64,000 nt of DNA from Phoronis australis (taxonomy: Eukaryota > Animalia > Phoronida): the NCBI GenBank assembly GCA_002633005.1, contig NMRA01000038.1, positions 829,329 through 893,328 on the forward strand, in the 5' to 3' direction. The notes beneath the pieces are model-generated. The model was not told where the DNA came from. It worked only from the letters and a program-made list of their open reading frames with translations, and ran no database searches. This document shows, piece by piece, positions 50,030 to 62,161 of the stretch (the stretch's first letter is position 1; the number at the start of each line of letters is the position of its first letter). The position numbers and the translations under genes are program-made.

Positions 50030-50990
50030 TTCTACATATCATATCAGACGGTCCAATTAGCCAGAGTATAAAAACAGCCCCAATTTTCAACTTGCATCAA
50101 CCTCCCCATTCCGACAGTGTGGATTCACTTACGTCACTTGGAACTTCTTAGAAAGCTCCCATGGCAAGGGACCTGCTGACAGCATAGGTGCGACAGTCAA
50201 AAGTGCTGCAGACAGACTTATTGCCTCTGGCAATGACATTATGGATTCCCATGCTTTGTTCAAGGCTCTGGATGGTACCATCAAGGTCAAGGTCAAATTG
50301 TATGAAATCAAAGGCAGTGAAATTGATGCCATTCAGAAAGTCACCACTGATTTTGGCACTCAAACTGTGAAAGGCACCAGGGGCATCCATCAAATTTTGA
50401 TCCATGATCAAAACATCATTCATCATCGCACTTTGTCATGCTTTTGTGGTTCAAAGTGCAAGTGTCATAATCTGGCATAAGTGGACTTTAGTCATGCTTC
50501 ATCAACGCACTGGCCAAAATGGAAAGAAGACTAAATGCTGAACAACTTTTGCTGTTTCAACCAAGACTGGCTGAAAGTTATAATTTAACCTACCCTGACC
50601 TCTCTGTGCTGAATGAGGATAAACGGACTTGGGGAGCAGTTAAACTACAAGACAAAAGGAATATGGGTGATGCAGAGGACAGAGGCAGTGCGGAGGGAGA
50701 TGAAGACAGTTCAAGCAGCGATGAAGAGCAGGAATGGTAGTCACCAAACCATGAGCAATCTAAGAAAATGAAGATGGGTAGTTTCTATGCCGTGAAGGAA
50801 GAAAAAGGTGTTTTATGTTGGTAAGCTGGTCAAACCAGATGAATGTGAGCAATCTACTGCAAGGATGAAGTTTCTGGAGCGTACGATGGTGAACGGAATA
50901 CACTGATATTCCTGGCCCTTGAGAAAAGACATATGTGACATCAACAAGTCCGCTGTCGTTACTGAAGTTGATTTCAAGGAATACGATCCA
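50030..50990 (+). pseudogene. Decayed DDE/D-type DNA transposase (SDG..SQYKN / HGKGPAD type; superfamily uncertain, possibly Sola-like)
   Basis: LHIISDGPISQ/YKN (frameshifted), TWNFLESSHGKGPADSIGATVKSAAD, VKGTRGIHQ, LSCFC..CKC, and a downstream FYVGK...KFL...SWP..KD remnant. Confidence 0.65.
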
Positions 50991-53610
50991 CCTTATCATC
51001 TCGATAGTCACTTTGAAGTGGGCTTTTCCTCGAGGACCTTTGGCTGTGAAAGCAGTGGAATGCACAAACTCAGTAACACGCTCACAATTAGTGCCTCATA
51101 GCAGTGTTAGTTGGCATTATAAGTAATTGTTGTTCTTAATGTTAGAATGAATTGTAGTCGGTAATTTAAAGACATTGTTTCACACTAAAACAACTGCTTT
51201 TCAACTCAGCACTGCAGGAGCCCGTTGCTTGGGCTAGTTACTGTCCGCACAGCGTGATTAATTAGATAAGCCCAGCAGTAATGACCTTCTCCGACTTCAG
51301 CCGAATCAATTCTGAAAACAGACTAGGCGGTTACATAAGCGTCTGTGATGTTGAGTCCGGAAGACAGCTGTGTTGCAGGAATGAACTCATCTGGTAAACT
51401 GCAGTCACACAAGGCAGGAACCAACATGGATTACAAAAGCTTTAGCGACGAGTCTTCCAGCGACGAGGAAATTTTAGAAAATCTTTTGCTTGAGTGTGAC
51501 GAGGAAGCGTCGGACAAAGACGATATGCAACATAAACGGGCCCTAAAGGTTCGAACCAGTGCCTGCAAGTGTCCTAGTCGCTTTGGATGAAGAGACAGCG
51601 GCGGATCCCGAAGACAATGACCGCACAACTTGGCATTTTATCATGGTAATAGAAAACAAAAACAATGCCGCGAGTTTGAATGCAAATATGTTTATTTTCG
51701 ATTTATTTATAATACTTCAAGTTAAATAAAAAGCAATTTCAAACATCGGGACTGGCAGACAGATAAACTGCAATATGCAAGACTATTGCCGTTTTGTCCT
51801 ACGTTACTTGATTTGCGTACTAGGTGGAAAGCAAGGTGGGATAAGTTATGGATTGCAATTTGTATTTTATAACAAAAGCTTATTTTTGATTTTATACCCA
51901 TTTTAAGTAATTACTGAACAGAGAGGGGGTCGAAACCATTAAAAGTCACCCGTCTTCATGACTACACGAATTTCATCACACTCGAATAAATTTAATCCCA
52001 ATAATGTTTATTAAATTGCAAAAATACGACAGGTAAGTAGCATTCAAGCAACTACACACAATTATGTTACAAAAATCGTAATTCCAAAGAAAGGCGGCTT
52101 CCGACAGTGTCCTTCGATGTTATACGCCATTAGTAATGTTGTTTGCTTACTGTGGCCCAAGGCCTACTAGCTTCCGCAAACGACAGCATGTACAGTTTTG
52201 AATATTATCTAAAATTGCTAACTACTGTGAAATGTTTATGGCAACACACAAGACCATGTGCATATGTGTCACATTTCAGAGAATTAATTGGCAAAAGGTG
52301 CATAATAAACCCATTCTAACAAACAGAAAGCTTTCATTTGTGCCAGATAGTCCCAGTACAAACCTATAGACAGAAATCCATTCCAAGCAAAGGACAGCAC
52401 TTCACCACCAGTGTCTACCAACTGACGGACTCAGAAGACGAGACGTATGACCCAACGAAATCCCCTTACGACTCATAAGACCCCTGCTTAACACAAGACG
52501 CCACATTGTTCCACCATAGACTGAGGTTCATTGTTTCCAATCTCACCTTATGTACCCAGTGAATGTAACCGGACGACTGTCTACTGGAGCGCTCCTGTTG
52601 ACTCTCAGGAAAATCATTTTGACACCTGATCTTTAATGAGTGCGACATCGTGCAGTTCTGATGATGGAGAGAGTTCAGAAGAGGAGAGTGACGAGGCATT
52701 CACAGACGATGAAATGAGTGACAGTGACTTTGCAGGCGACGGATTCGTGAGTGAAAGTGTCGCTTATGGTGATGGCAATTACGACTGTTTGGAGCAGGAT
52801 GATGGATATTTTTGACAGTTGATCAAGAGTGCTGCCATCCTGGAGACTCGTTGATTCGACTATCGAGGATGACATGAGCAACGTCCCATTGCTTGTCATT
52901 CCCACTGACAGTAGCGATGCAGGTTCTGGAAACGGAGGCGACGACTGTGTTATCACTGGTACACGACACGCAACTAGAGGAATGTGATCACGACGTTGTT
53001 TTGGCAAACGTAGAACCTAGCTATGGCCCACTCCTCTCAGCAGCCACGGATATTAAGCGATGACTATGATTACTGGCTCTTATCAAACCTGTCGCGGCAC
53101 AAAAATGAGGAGGGCTGAAAGAAAAGATAATTCAGAAGTTGTGGACATGATGGAGGTGGTGGAGGAAAGATCAAACAGCTCAGTTATCTCGTCGTCGTCA
53201 GATAGCTGTGACGAATTGTCATGTAGTGACGTGGTTGTTGACGACGGTAGCACTAAATGCAGGAGAACTGACAATGGCGTTGGCGATGATGGAATAAGCA
53301 ATAGTCCACTTCCCGGGATATCTAATCCCGTATTACCAAATATAGGAGCATGAAGTACTCAAAGGAAAATCAATAAAGTTAATGTAACAACATAGTGCAA
53401 TCTGTACGAGTGCATTCGTTGGTCTCCAGAGGATGAAGTTGGATTTACCGTTACAGCTCCTTGACCTAATTTAAGAAAATCCAGTGGATTTTTGTCTAAG
53501 TCTGGTTTGGTTATTAAAGCTGTTCTGAATAGCACTGAGACATAATCATTGAATTTTGAGAAAGGTCAGTTGATTATATTGGGCGTATGTACGTATGTGT
53601 CTGGGCAGCT

Positions 53611-53922
53611 ATGCATACACCTGGTTTATTGAAGTTAGAATTCAAAGGGGACTACTGCATCGCACTTTGCTCTAAAACGTATTACGTGGGAGCAGACGAC
53701 AGTAAATCTCGTTTTAGCTGTAAAGGAAAACAGCAGAGAAACGAAATTGACAAGGCGAGGTACCTCAAAGTGTTACAGACCATGAAGAGTATCTCGACCC
53801 TCAATAAAGGATTTCGATTAGGCAGTGATAACACCATATATACCTATCTACAAGAAAGGTGTGCGCTCAACCAAAAAAAGGTGTTCGACAATGGCGTAAC
53901 CACTGGACCTTTGAACATTTAA
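53611..53922 (+). mobile_element. Polinton/Maverick-type protein-primed DNA polymerase B C-terminal fragment, copy 1
   Basis: TPGLLKLEF.GDYCIALCSKTYY...FSCKG...KGFR...IYTYLQER.AL..KKV.DNGV.T.PL.I*. Confidence 0.75.
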
Positions 53923-54019
53923 TTCTGTCAAGACATTTAATAATTTATTACTTGTATGGATAATGGTGTCTGAATGTCTTGATGAATTTGTAGCGTATTT
54001 GAATGTACTTTTTATTACG

Positions 54020-54325
54020 GCTAGTTTGTTGAAGTGGGAAATCGAAGGGGGACTACTGCATTGCACTTTGCTCTAAAACGTATTACATGAGAGCAGACGA
54101 CAGTAAATCTCGTTTTAGCTGTAAAGGATAACAGCAGAGAAATGAAATCGACAAGGTGAGGTACCTCAAAGTGTTACAGACCACGGAGAGTATGTCCGCC
54201 CTCAACAAAGGATTTTGGTTAAGCGTCCATAACACCGTATATACCTATCTGTAAGAGAGGTGTGCATTCACCTTTTTTATCCCAAAAGAAGGTGTTCAAC
54301 GACAGCGTCACCACTGGACCTTTAA
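54020..54325 (+). mobile_element. Polinton-type polB C-terminal fragment, copy 2 (frameshifted, with a stop)
   Basis: Diverged direct repeat of 53620-53915, ending at the TTAA used by the piggyBac. Confidence 0.75.
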
Positions 54326-54443
54326 CCCTCTCAGTGCTTTGGTCGCATTTCTGCACCAAAACATGCGTGACTCCTCAGTGCTTTAGTCGCAAAATTGCGA
54401 CCATGACCTCTCTTCTATAGTGGCTTCAATGAAGGTCATAGTA

Positions 54444-54494
54444 AACCAATCAGACGGAATTATATAACAAACAAAACAAATACGACCAATCAGA
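54444..54494 (+). promoter_or_regulatory. Two CCAATCAGA boxes 40 bp apart upstream of the piggyBac transposase
   Basis: CCAAT at 54446 and 54486; start context CAAAACATGG at 54606. Confidence 0.5.
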
Positions 54495-54605
54495 TGAGGT
54501 TGAACTGTCACATAGTAGGAATTTCATTCCTAAATTTCAAACTCCCAGTTGTGAAACGAAAGCCGATTCGTCTATGAAAAAGTATAGCGTTAACGGCAAC
54601 AAAAC

Positions 54606-56300
54606 ATGGCTGCCGATCAGCTTTCAGGGACTGACTTGGACTTGATTGTAAGCATTTTTTATAATGATTCTGACTCTGGAGAAGAATTTGATGGCTTCGA
54701 CCTCAAGGATATTGATGATTCTAACTTCGACGAAGATTTGGACAGTGTCGTTGCGGAAATGAATGATATATGGGATCGTGGCGATCGTCCCGTGCCAATA
54801 TGGTGTCCGACGTTCGAACTCGGAGTTGGTCGAAAAGTTGTACTCTTACGGGAAGATCCCGTAGACTACTTCTCGTTATTTTTTAATGACAAATTGTTCA
54901 ATCTTTTGAAAATTGAAACCAATCGTTAAGCAGAGCAGCGGATCAGCCAAAATAGGCCGTTGCAACAACATTCCCAACGGAACTCGTGGGTCCCAGTTAA
55001 CTTTGCAGACATGAAAGCTTCTACTGCCTTGCACATTGCAATGGGCCTCGTGAAAACGCCTACGATGTCAAGCCACTGGAGTCACCACAGTTTGTATAAC
55101 AATGATATTTTTTCTACTGCGATGTCTAGAAGTAGATTTCAGCTGATATCTTCAATGCTGCACTTTGTCAACAACAATGACCAGATACGAAGAGGTGAGG
55201 CTGGCTATGACCCCCTGTTCAAAATTCGACCAGTATATACTCACCTGAATACAGTTTTTGCTGCTAGCTATCAACCATCCACTCACCTGACCATCGACGA
55301 GAGCATGATGCGTTTTAAAGGACGGCTACATTTTCGTCAATTTATGCCTTCTAAGAGGACCCGCTTTGGCGTTAAAAACTGGGTACTCAATGGGAGTCTC
55401 ACTGGCTACACGTTGAAAATAAACGCCTACAGTGGTAAAGAAGACGCTGGACAACATGATGGCTTACCGTTGGCTAGTCGTGTAGTACTATCCCTTCTTA
55501 ACGGATATGAAAACAAGGGTCATCATGTATACCTTGATAACTTTTATTCGTCGCCCGATTTGTTTTCAATGTTAAAGTCAAAGAACATCGGTGCTTGTGG
55601 CACAGTTCGCGCCGGCCGTAAAGGTATGCCAGAAGAGTTCAAGACAAATAAAATAAAATCTAGCCAGGACCCAATATTTTTTTGCAAAAGGGCGTTGCTG
55701 GCAACCCAGTTCTGTGACAAAAAACTTGTGCAAGGACTGTTGACAATTCACCAGGCAGGTTTTGTTGAAAAACAACTCCGCAGTAGGAATTGTACAACTG
55801 GATATCGGTCAATTAAGAAGCCATCTTTGATTGACCATTACAATAAATATATGGGTGGCACTGATTTAATGGATCAGTTGTCCAGCTATTATGAATTTCC
55901 ACACCGTACCCCCAAGTGGTATGTAAATGTTTTTCACCATTTACGTGAGATTGCATTGGTTAATGCCAAAATACTTTTTGAGTCCAATGGCCACAAAATG
56001 GATACGGTGGCATTCCGCATGAGTGTTTTGGAATGTCTTGTGGAAGGGTATGCTCAGCAAAACCTTCGCAGAAAAAGAGCTCCACAGACTTTTGATGAGA
56101 TGCGTCTCAGTGGACAGCATTTTTTGGAGAACACAGGTACAGTCATAGGCCTGATTGTGTGGTGTGTTCAGACAGGAAATTTAAAAAGAGAATGCAGGTG
56201 AACACTAAATGGAAAACATGACTGTAAAGTTGGTCTGCATGCTGTTAACTCTTTTGAACGCTATCACACAATGAAAGATTATAAGATAAAGTATAATTGA
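54606..56300 (+). pseudogene. piggyBac (PGBD4-like) transposase with an in-frame stop and a frameshifted Cys-rich tail
   Basis: ORFs 54606 and 54960 share a frame, split by TAA at ETNR*A. Triad motifs TIDESM, YLDNFYSS, MGGTDLMDQ. RPDCVVCS and CKVGLH...FERYHT lie in other frames. Confidence 0.92.
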
Positions 56301-56630
56301 ACTTAAAATATTGACATAGAAATCATAAGATGTGATAACGCACTAACTATTCTTTGTTTTATTATTGTGTTTTCAAGGTGTGCTCTAATTAGATAATGAA
56401 CTGGCTTATTTAAGTTAGAACACTGACTTTGCAGTATTTCAAAGATAGGATAGTTCATGTTTTTTGTAATTAATCTGCTTCAGGATCTTGATCTGTTAAT
56501 TCATTTGTCTTGTTTATCACGATGCAGTGGTCTTCACCTGTATGAGATGTAGATGATATTTGACCAGTGTGGTCAAAATAAATCTATTTGAACTAAATGT
56601 TTTCTTTTGAATACAATCCTGAAATACTTA

Positions 56631-57100
56631 ACAAGAGCAACGCAGAGCGTTGAAATGCGCCCACAATTGCACCGTATACGGTATCCTTCTAGGGTTGTTT
56701 ATTGGTACCATAAAGTGGCCAGTAAAGGCCATATATGTAGTATGTTGTACTTTGCAAAATGGAAAGGCATGGTCATTGTCTCCTCAATAGGCTAGGGTCA
56801 AAATGTGAGTGATCTTCAAAATACAAGCACATCCTATACATCAGTTGCTTAAAGCACCACAGAAATATAGAATTAAAAACAAATTCACCAACATACGAGA
56901 TTAGCACAGCATTAAAATGCCAGAAACAAATTTCTACTTGGAACTTTTCCTTCATAGTCACGAAGTAACACAAAGTATACACCCGAAGACCTATGAAAAT
57001 ACAGAGGTCAATGTAAAATACTAAAATTGCCACTAGAGGCATACCGGTAGTCAGAATCATCCTAAAGTCGTCATCGTCCGTTATTCACAGGATGTTCACA
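56631..57100 (-). mobile_element. Helentron/HINE family 1, 3' portion
   Basis: ACAAGAG, hairpin CAACGC-aga-GCGTTG (56638-56652), subTIR ATGCGCCCAC (56655-56664), and a partial satellite unit. Confidence 0.72.
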
Positions 57101-58263
57101 AATACAAAAAAAAACATTCACTTGGCCTACACAATACCTAACTGAAAAATGCCCCCAAACTTGGCCTACCCCAAAATTTCAATATTTTGGGAGTGCAAAT
57201 TGGCCGCAGCCTAACTATTCAGTGCCACCTTAAATAAAACCACATTTTCCAAATTTTTTTCAGAATAGTTCCTCTCCACCTGCTGACCTACTTTGCAAAG
57301 TAAAAACTTGAAGCGAGGACCGGTTTTGATTTTTCAAGCCAATTACATGTGCCCACCCAAAAACTGTGATTTTTGAATTAGGGGCATTTAACAGGCAAAG
57401 ACACCAAATGCACTTTCTTGCTCTGTCTTGCACTAAACTGACTTTTGATTGAGGTAATTGAAACTTGTCACACAATAACGGTATGTTTGTAGGTTGTTAT
57501 TGTTTATGAGTTCAGTAGCTTAATTGGTATTATGTCATGCGATTCCTAGGATAGGAAGTGTGTCGTAGGTAACGCATCATATGTTGTTATGTGACTGTCT
57601 ACTTTATTTGACNAGTAACACAAAGTATACACCCGAAGACCTATGAAAATACAGAGGTCAATGTAAAATACTAAAATTGCCACTAGAGGCATACCGGTAG
57701 TTGGAATCATCCTAAAGTCGTCATCGTCCGTTATTCACAGGATGTTCACAAATACAAAAAAAAAACATTCACTTGGCCTACACAATACCCAACTGAAAAA
57801 TGCCCCCAAACTTGGCCTACCCCAAAATTTCAATATTTTGGGAGTGCAAATTGGCCGCAGCCTAACTATTCAGTGCCACCTTAAATAAAACCACATTTTC
57901 CAATTTTTTTTCAGAATAGTTCCTCTCCACCTGCTGACCTACTTTGCAAAGTAAAAACTTGAAGCGATGACCGGTTTTGATTTTTCAAGCCAATTACATG
58001 TGCCCACCCAAAAACTGTGATTTTTGAATTAGGGGCATTTAACAGGCAAAGACACCAAATGCACTTTCTTGCTCCGTCTTGCACTAAACTGACTTTTGAT
58101 TGAGGTAATTGAAACTTGTCACACAATAACGGTATGTTTGTAGGTTGTTATTGTTTATGAGTTCAGTAGCTTAATTGGTATTATGTCATGCGATTCCTAG
58201 GATAGGAAGTGTGTCATAGGTAACGCATCATATGCTGTTATGTGACTGTCTACTTTATTTGAC
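56964..58263. repeat. Near-identical 650-bp tandem duplication across N at 57613 (probable contig-overlap artefact)
   Basis: 56964-57612 vs 57614-58263. Confidence 0.9.
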
Positions 58264-58415
58264 AATTAAAAGCAAGATACACAAAACACAAGTTTCATTC
58301 ACAACATAACTGTTGAGTGGTGAGCACACACAATGAATCCTGAAAAGACACACAGTTTCACTTAGAGCAGAGGGAGAAGAAAAAGCCAATTTAAAAAAGG
58401 ACACAGACCCTCCAA

Positions 58416-59856
58416 CATGGACCACTGCAGCTCCAGCATACCAAGGCAGTCCGAGGCAGCAATAGACGGTTGCAGGGCTGTGCGTCTCACACATTTCGAA
58501 GCTGAGGATGTCACCTACCTAACCGACAGTGAATTCTGCTGTGACAGCTCACAGGGTTAGGCCAAGTATGGAAAAAGAAAGAAAAATTCGAGACAGCAAG
58601 GGACTGGATGAGAATATCATCATTAATGTGCGTCGCTTAACAGGCCTGGTAGGACATGTGCATCAGGTTGCATGCAAATTCGAAAAACTAGAACTAACTG
58701 TTAAAAAAAGACTGGGACTATGTGTCTACGCATCATTGCATTGCAGAGTTTGTAAATATAAATCGCCCACTGTGCCATTGTTCAATGAGGTCAAGCAGCA
58801 GATGACTGGGTCACCAGCAGGAGCCTTGAACAGCCAGGCTGTACTGCCTGTGCTAAAGTCAAAAGTGGGAATCGAGGATGTAATCAAGATTCTGACATAC
58901 TTGAATATTGTGCCACCATCCAATCGCAGCCTGCAGAATAAAATGAATGCCATGAACCAAACAGTAACTCAATTGAAGGAAGAACAAATGATTGAGAACC
59001 AGCACTACGTTAAGAAAGTCACCACTCTGGCTGGCGGTGAAGGTGTTGCAGACGTTCAGTTTGACGTTTACTACTCCAGTAGGCCACAGGGTGGCTGCGA
59101 GAAAGCTAAACAGAGCTTCGGGGGACTTGTGGAGCACACAACCACCCGAAAACTTCCACTGGCCCTTGCCACGGCGAACAAACACTGCAGGATTGCAGGA
59201 TTCCCGGGTGCAAGCATGAACACTGCAGCAAAAACTACCCAATCAATTGCATCAAGTGAACGCACACTGTTACAAGACAGCCTCGGATCAGTGGAAAACA
59301 GTGGTGTGGACCTGAATATCATGAGCATTACGACTGATGCCAATAGCCAAGAGGCGAAGGCCATCCGTGATTTCTACAGTGCAAAAACAAAAGAACCCAA
59401 ACACTACAAATGCATCATTCACAGACTGAGACGAATGGGAAAGAGCATAAACGAAGCGGACTTGAAAAGTTTACCCAGGACACATAAAAAGACTTGTTAT
59501 AAGACGAAACTTTCATCTGCTGTTTGATCCAGGGTACAAAAAGAGCTCATCAACCTAAAAAACAGAAAAATCGGAAAAGATGAAGTTTTAAAAATTGGAG
59601 CTGCTGCAGTGAACAATGTTACTAGCTGTTTTTCAGGACAGCTGCAATCAATGTCGCGAGCTATCATCTGTGTGCATTGCACATCATAGCAACTATACAA
59701 CAAGCCATTTGCCTTATGAGCAGCATATAGAACTCAGTGAAAAAGACTTGAAAACAATTCAAACAAAAATCAACTCCTACTTCAACCAGGAACAGCTAAC
59801 AGATATGAAATATCTATTCAACACGAACATTTGCGAAAGTTTGAATGCAGCAGTTA
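58416..59856 (+). pseudogene. Mutator-like (MULE) transposase, decayed and 3'-truncated
   Basis: H...C...GL....LHCRVC zinc motif, DVQFD (first D), ITTDANS (second D), CIIH (CxxH), NTNICESLN (E). In-frame TGA at 59525 plus frameshifts. Confidence 0.8.
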
Positions 59857-59960
59857 GCGACCTGGCATTTACGAATGCGAGCCGGATTTTGAAAATGCGA
59901 CCTGGGATTTTGGCTAGGTCGCAAAATGCGACCTGGCGATTTGAATAGCGTCGAGCCCTG
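59857..59960. mobile_element. hAT-like terminus, same family as 6519-6660
   Basis: GCGACCTGG...GGTCGCAAAATGCGACC...GCGTCGAGCCCTG abuts the MULE ORF just after its catalytic E. Confidence 0.75.
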
Positions 59961-60275
59961 TGAATAATTAAACAATGACTTAATTCCAAAAAACAATTGT
60001 TAAACCACATTTTCCACAGATAACATCATCAGCAATGAGTATTACAATACAACCATTTTCAAAGAGATTGAAACACCAAAGTGGTTTGCAACATGCACTG
60101 TCAGTGATACTTACTTTGAACACTGGCAGCCATTTCGTGAAGTAGCATCGGCAAAGTCCCATGTACCAACCAAGTTTGCCAAATCTTCACTGTTGGGAGT
60201 GTCTGGCATATTTGCCCTGGACATAAGAAAAACAGATGATTGTCAACTGCGGTCATATTACTGATGCATATACTA

Positions 60276-62000
60276 ACAAGGACAACGTAGAGCGTTGAAA
60301 TGTGCGCACGAATGCACCGCAAACGGTGTGCTTCTAGGGTTGTTTATTTGTGTCAAAAAATGGCCACTAGATGACGCAAAACCGTCCAATTCATCCGAAA
60401 ATGGGAACAGACCATCACTTCTTTAATAGAAAGCTATTCGCCAAATTTCATAAAAATCTGTCATGAAACTTCAGAAAAACAAAAACGGAAAAAAATGAAA
60501 TTGCCACTAAGTGCATAGCAAGCATTGGATCCGCATGAAAGTCGTCTTCTTCTGTTGTTAGCTTCATATAAATACACTTACTAAATTTAGTGGGTTTAGG
60601 AGATACAGATATGGGCGCAGAACAAAACAAAACAAAACTACCACTAGGAGGTGCCACAGTAGTGGAAGACACCATTGTCAACCCGTCCTCTTCACCCTGA
60701 GAACATATGCTAATTTTCAAAATCATCCTTAAAATGATTTGCTTGATAGAGGAGTGGACGCCAAAAACGGACTCGAAAACAGCAAAAACGGCCACTAGGT
60801 GGTGCAAAATACCTCAATTCCATCCAAAACAGGAGGATAGCGTCATCTCATCAATAGTTGCCTATGTTCCAAATTTTATGAACACCCGTAGAGAACCTTT
60901 GAATATACAGGGGTAAACGTAAGAAACTAAAATTGCCACTAGGGGGTACACCAGTAGTCAGATCATTTCGAAAGTCGTCATCTGTTGTCAACATCATATA
61001 AATACACTAGCTAAATTTAGTAAAGATCCTGCAAACGGTTCAGGAGATACAGCCATGGGCGCAAGGAAAAACAAAACTGCCAATAGGAGGCGCCACATTA
61101 GTCGAACTCGGCGGAAAATCATCGTCAGCCGTCCTCTTCACCCCGAGAACATATGCCAATTTTCAAAATCATCCTTAGAATGATTTGCTTGATAGAGGAG
61201 TGGATGCCAAAAAACAGACTCGAAAAAAGCAAAAAATGGTCACTAGGTGGCGAATCCCTCTGAAAACGAGAGCACAGCGTCTTCTCACTAATAGATACCT
61301 ATATGCCAAATTCGTCGAGTACCTTTGAAGATGCAGGGATAAACGTAAAAAAAAAAAAAATTGCCACTAGGGAGCACACTGGTAGTCCGATCTGTCCAAA
61401 AGTCGTTGTTGTCCGTTGTCAACTTCATATAAATACATTTGCTCAAATTTAATAAATATCCTGTATAGCGTTTAGGAGATACAACCATGGACGCAAAAAA
61501 ACTGCCACTAGAAGGCGCCACAGTATTCAACGTCGTCGGAAAATCATCGTCAGCCGTCTTCTTCACAGTAGGAACATATATGCCAATTTTCACAATCATC
61601 CTTAGAGTGGTTTGGTTGACAGCGGGGCGAACGCCAAAAATGGTAAAAATGGCCATCAGGTGGTGTAAAATACTTCGAATCCATTCGAAATCGGGAGGAT
61701 GGCGTCATCTCACAAATAGATGCTTAATTTCCAAATTACATGAAAATCCATTGGTGACCTCTGAAGATACAGAGTAAACGTAAAAAAAACCCTAAAATTA
61801 CCACTAGGGGGCACACTTGTAGTCGGATAGGTCCGAAATTCGTTGTCATCTGTCGACAGCTTCATAGGAACACATGTACCAAATCTCATCAAGATCCTGA
61901 GAGGGATTTAGGAGATACAGCTGCAGAGGCCGGACACCAGATGCCCAGACAGAGATGACAGCAATATGCAACCACATATAAATATGTGGGCGCATAAAAA
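60276..62000 (-). mobile_element. Helentron/HINE family 1, copy A, with an internal satellite of about 435 bp (3 x about 144 bp)
   Basis: 5' end ...GTGGGCGCATAAAAA at 62000, 3' hairpin CAACGT-aga-GCGTTG near 60283; GGAGATACA recurs at 60599, 61043, 61475, 61911. Confidence 0.8.
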
Positions 62001-62161
62001 ACAACACATCACGTTGATTTGACATCTGGCAGCATGGCCACCAGTGAATGCCCTGGACATAAAAAATACATAGACTGATAGACGTGCCAACTGCGGTTTC
62101 ATTACTAACAAGCTACTTTACACTAGTTTTCTCTTAGTACGGCTAATGAACACATTATTCT

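Larger units (their letters stand above)
54326..56630 (+). mobile_element. piggyBac transposon, left end intact, right TIR not found
   Basis: TTAA (54322-54325) followed by CCCTCTCAGTGC; subterminal repeat CTCAGTGCTTT[G/A]GTCGCA twice; transposase inside. Confidence 0.85.

Noticed and set aside
52380-53353. GC-richer stretch with acidic and Ser-rich short ORFs on both strands, considered as MED13 exons or a gene
   Set aside because: No recognisable motif or consistent splice sites, and stops in all frames; left unassigned
54927-54929. In-frame stop in the piggyBac transposase as programmed read-through
   Set aside because: It is a TAA at a normally Tyr codon, and further frameshifts downstream indicate plain decay
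56964-58263. 650-bp direct repeat as possible LTRs
   Set aside because: The copies abut at a single N with no internal region, PBS or TG...CA ends, which points to contig overlap
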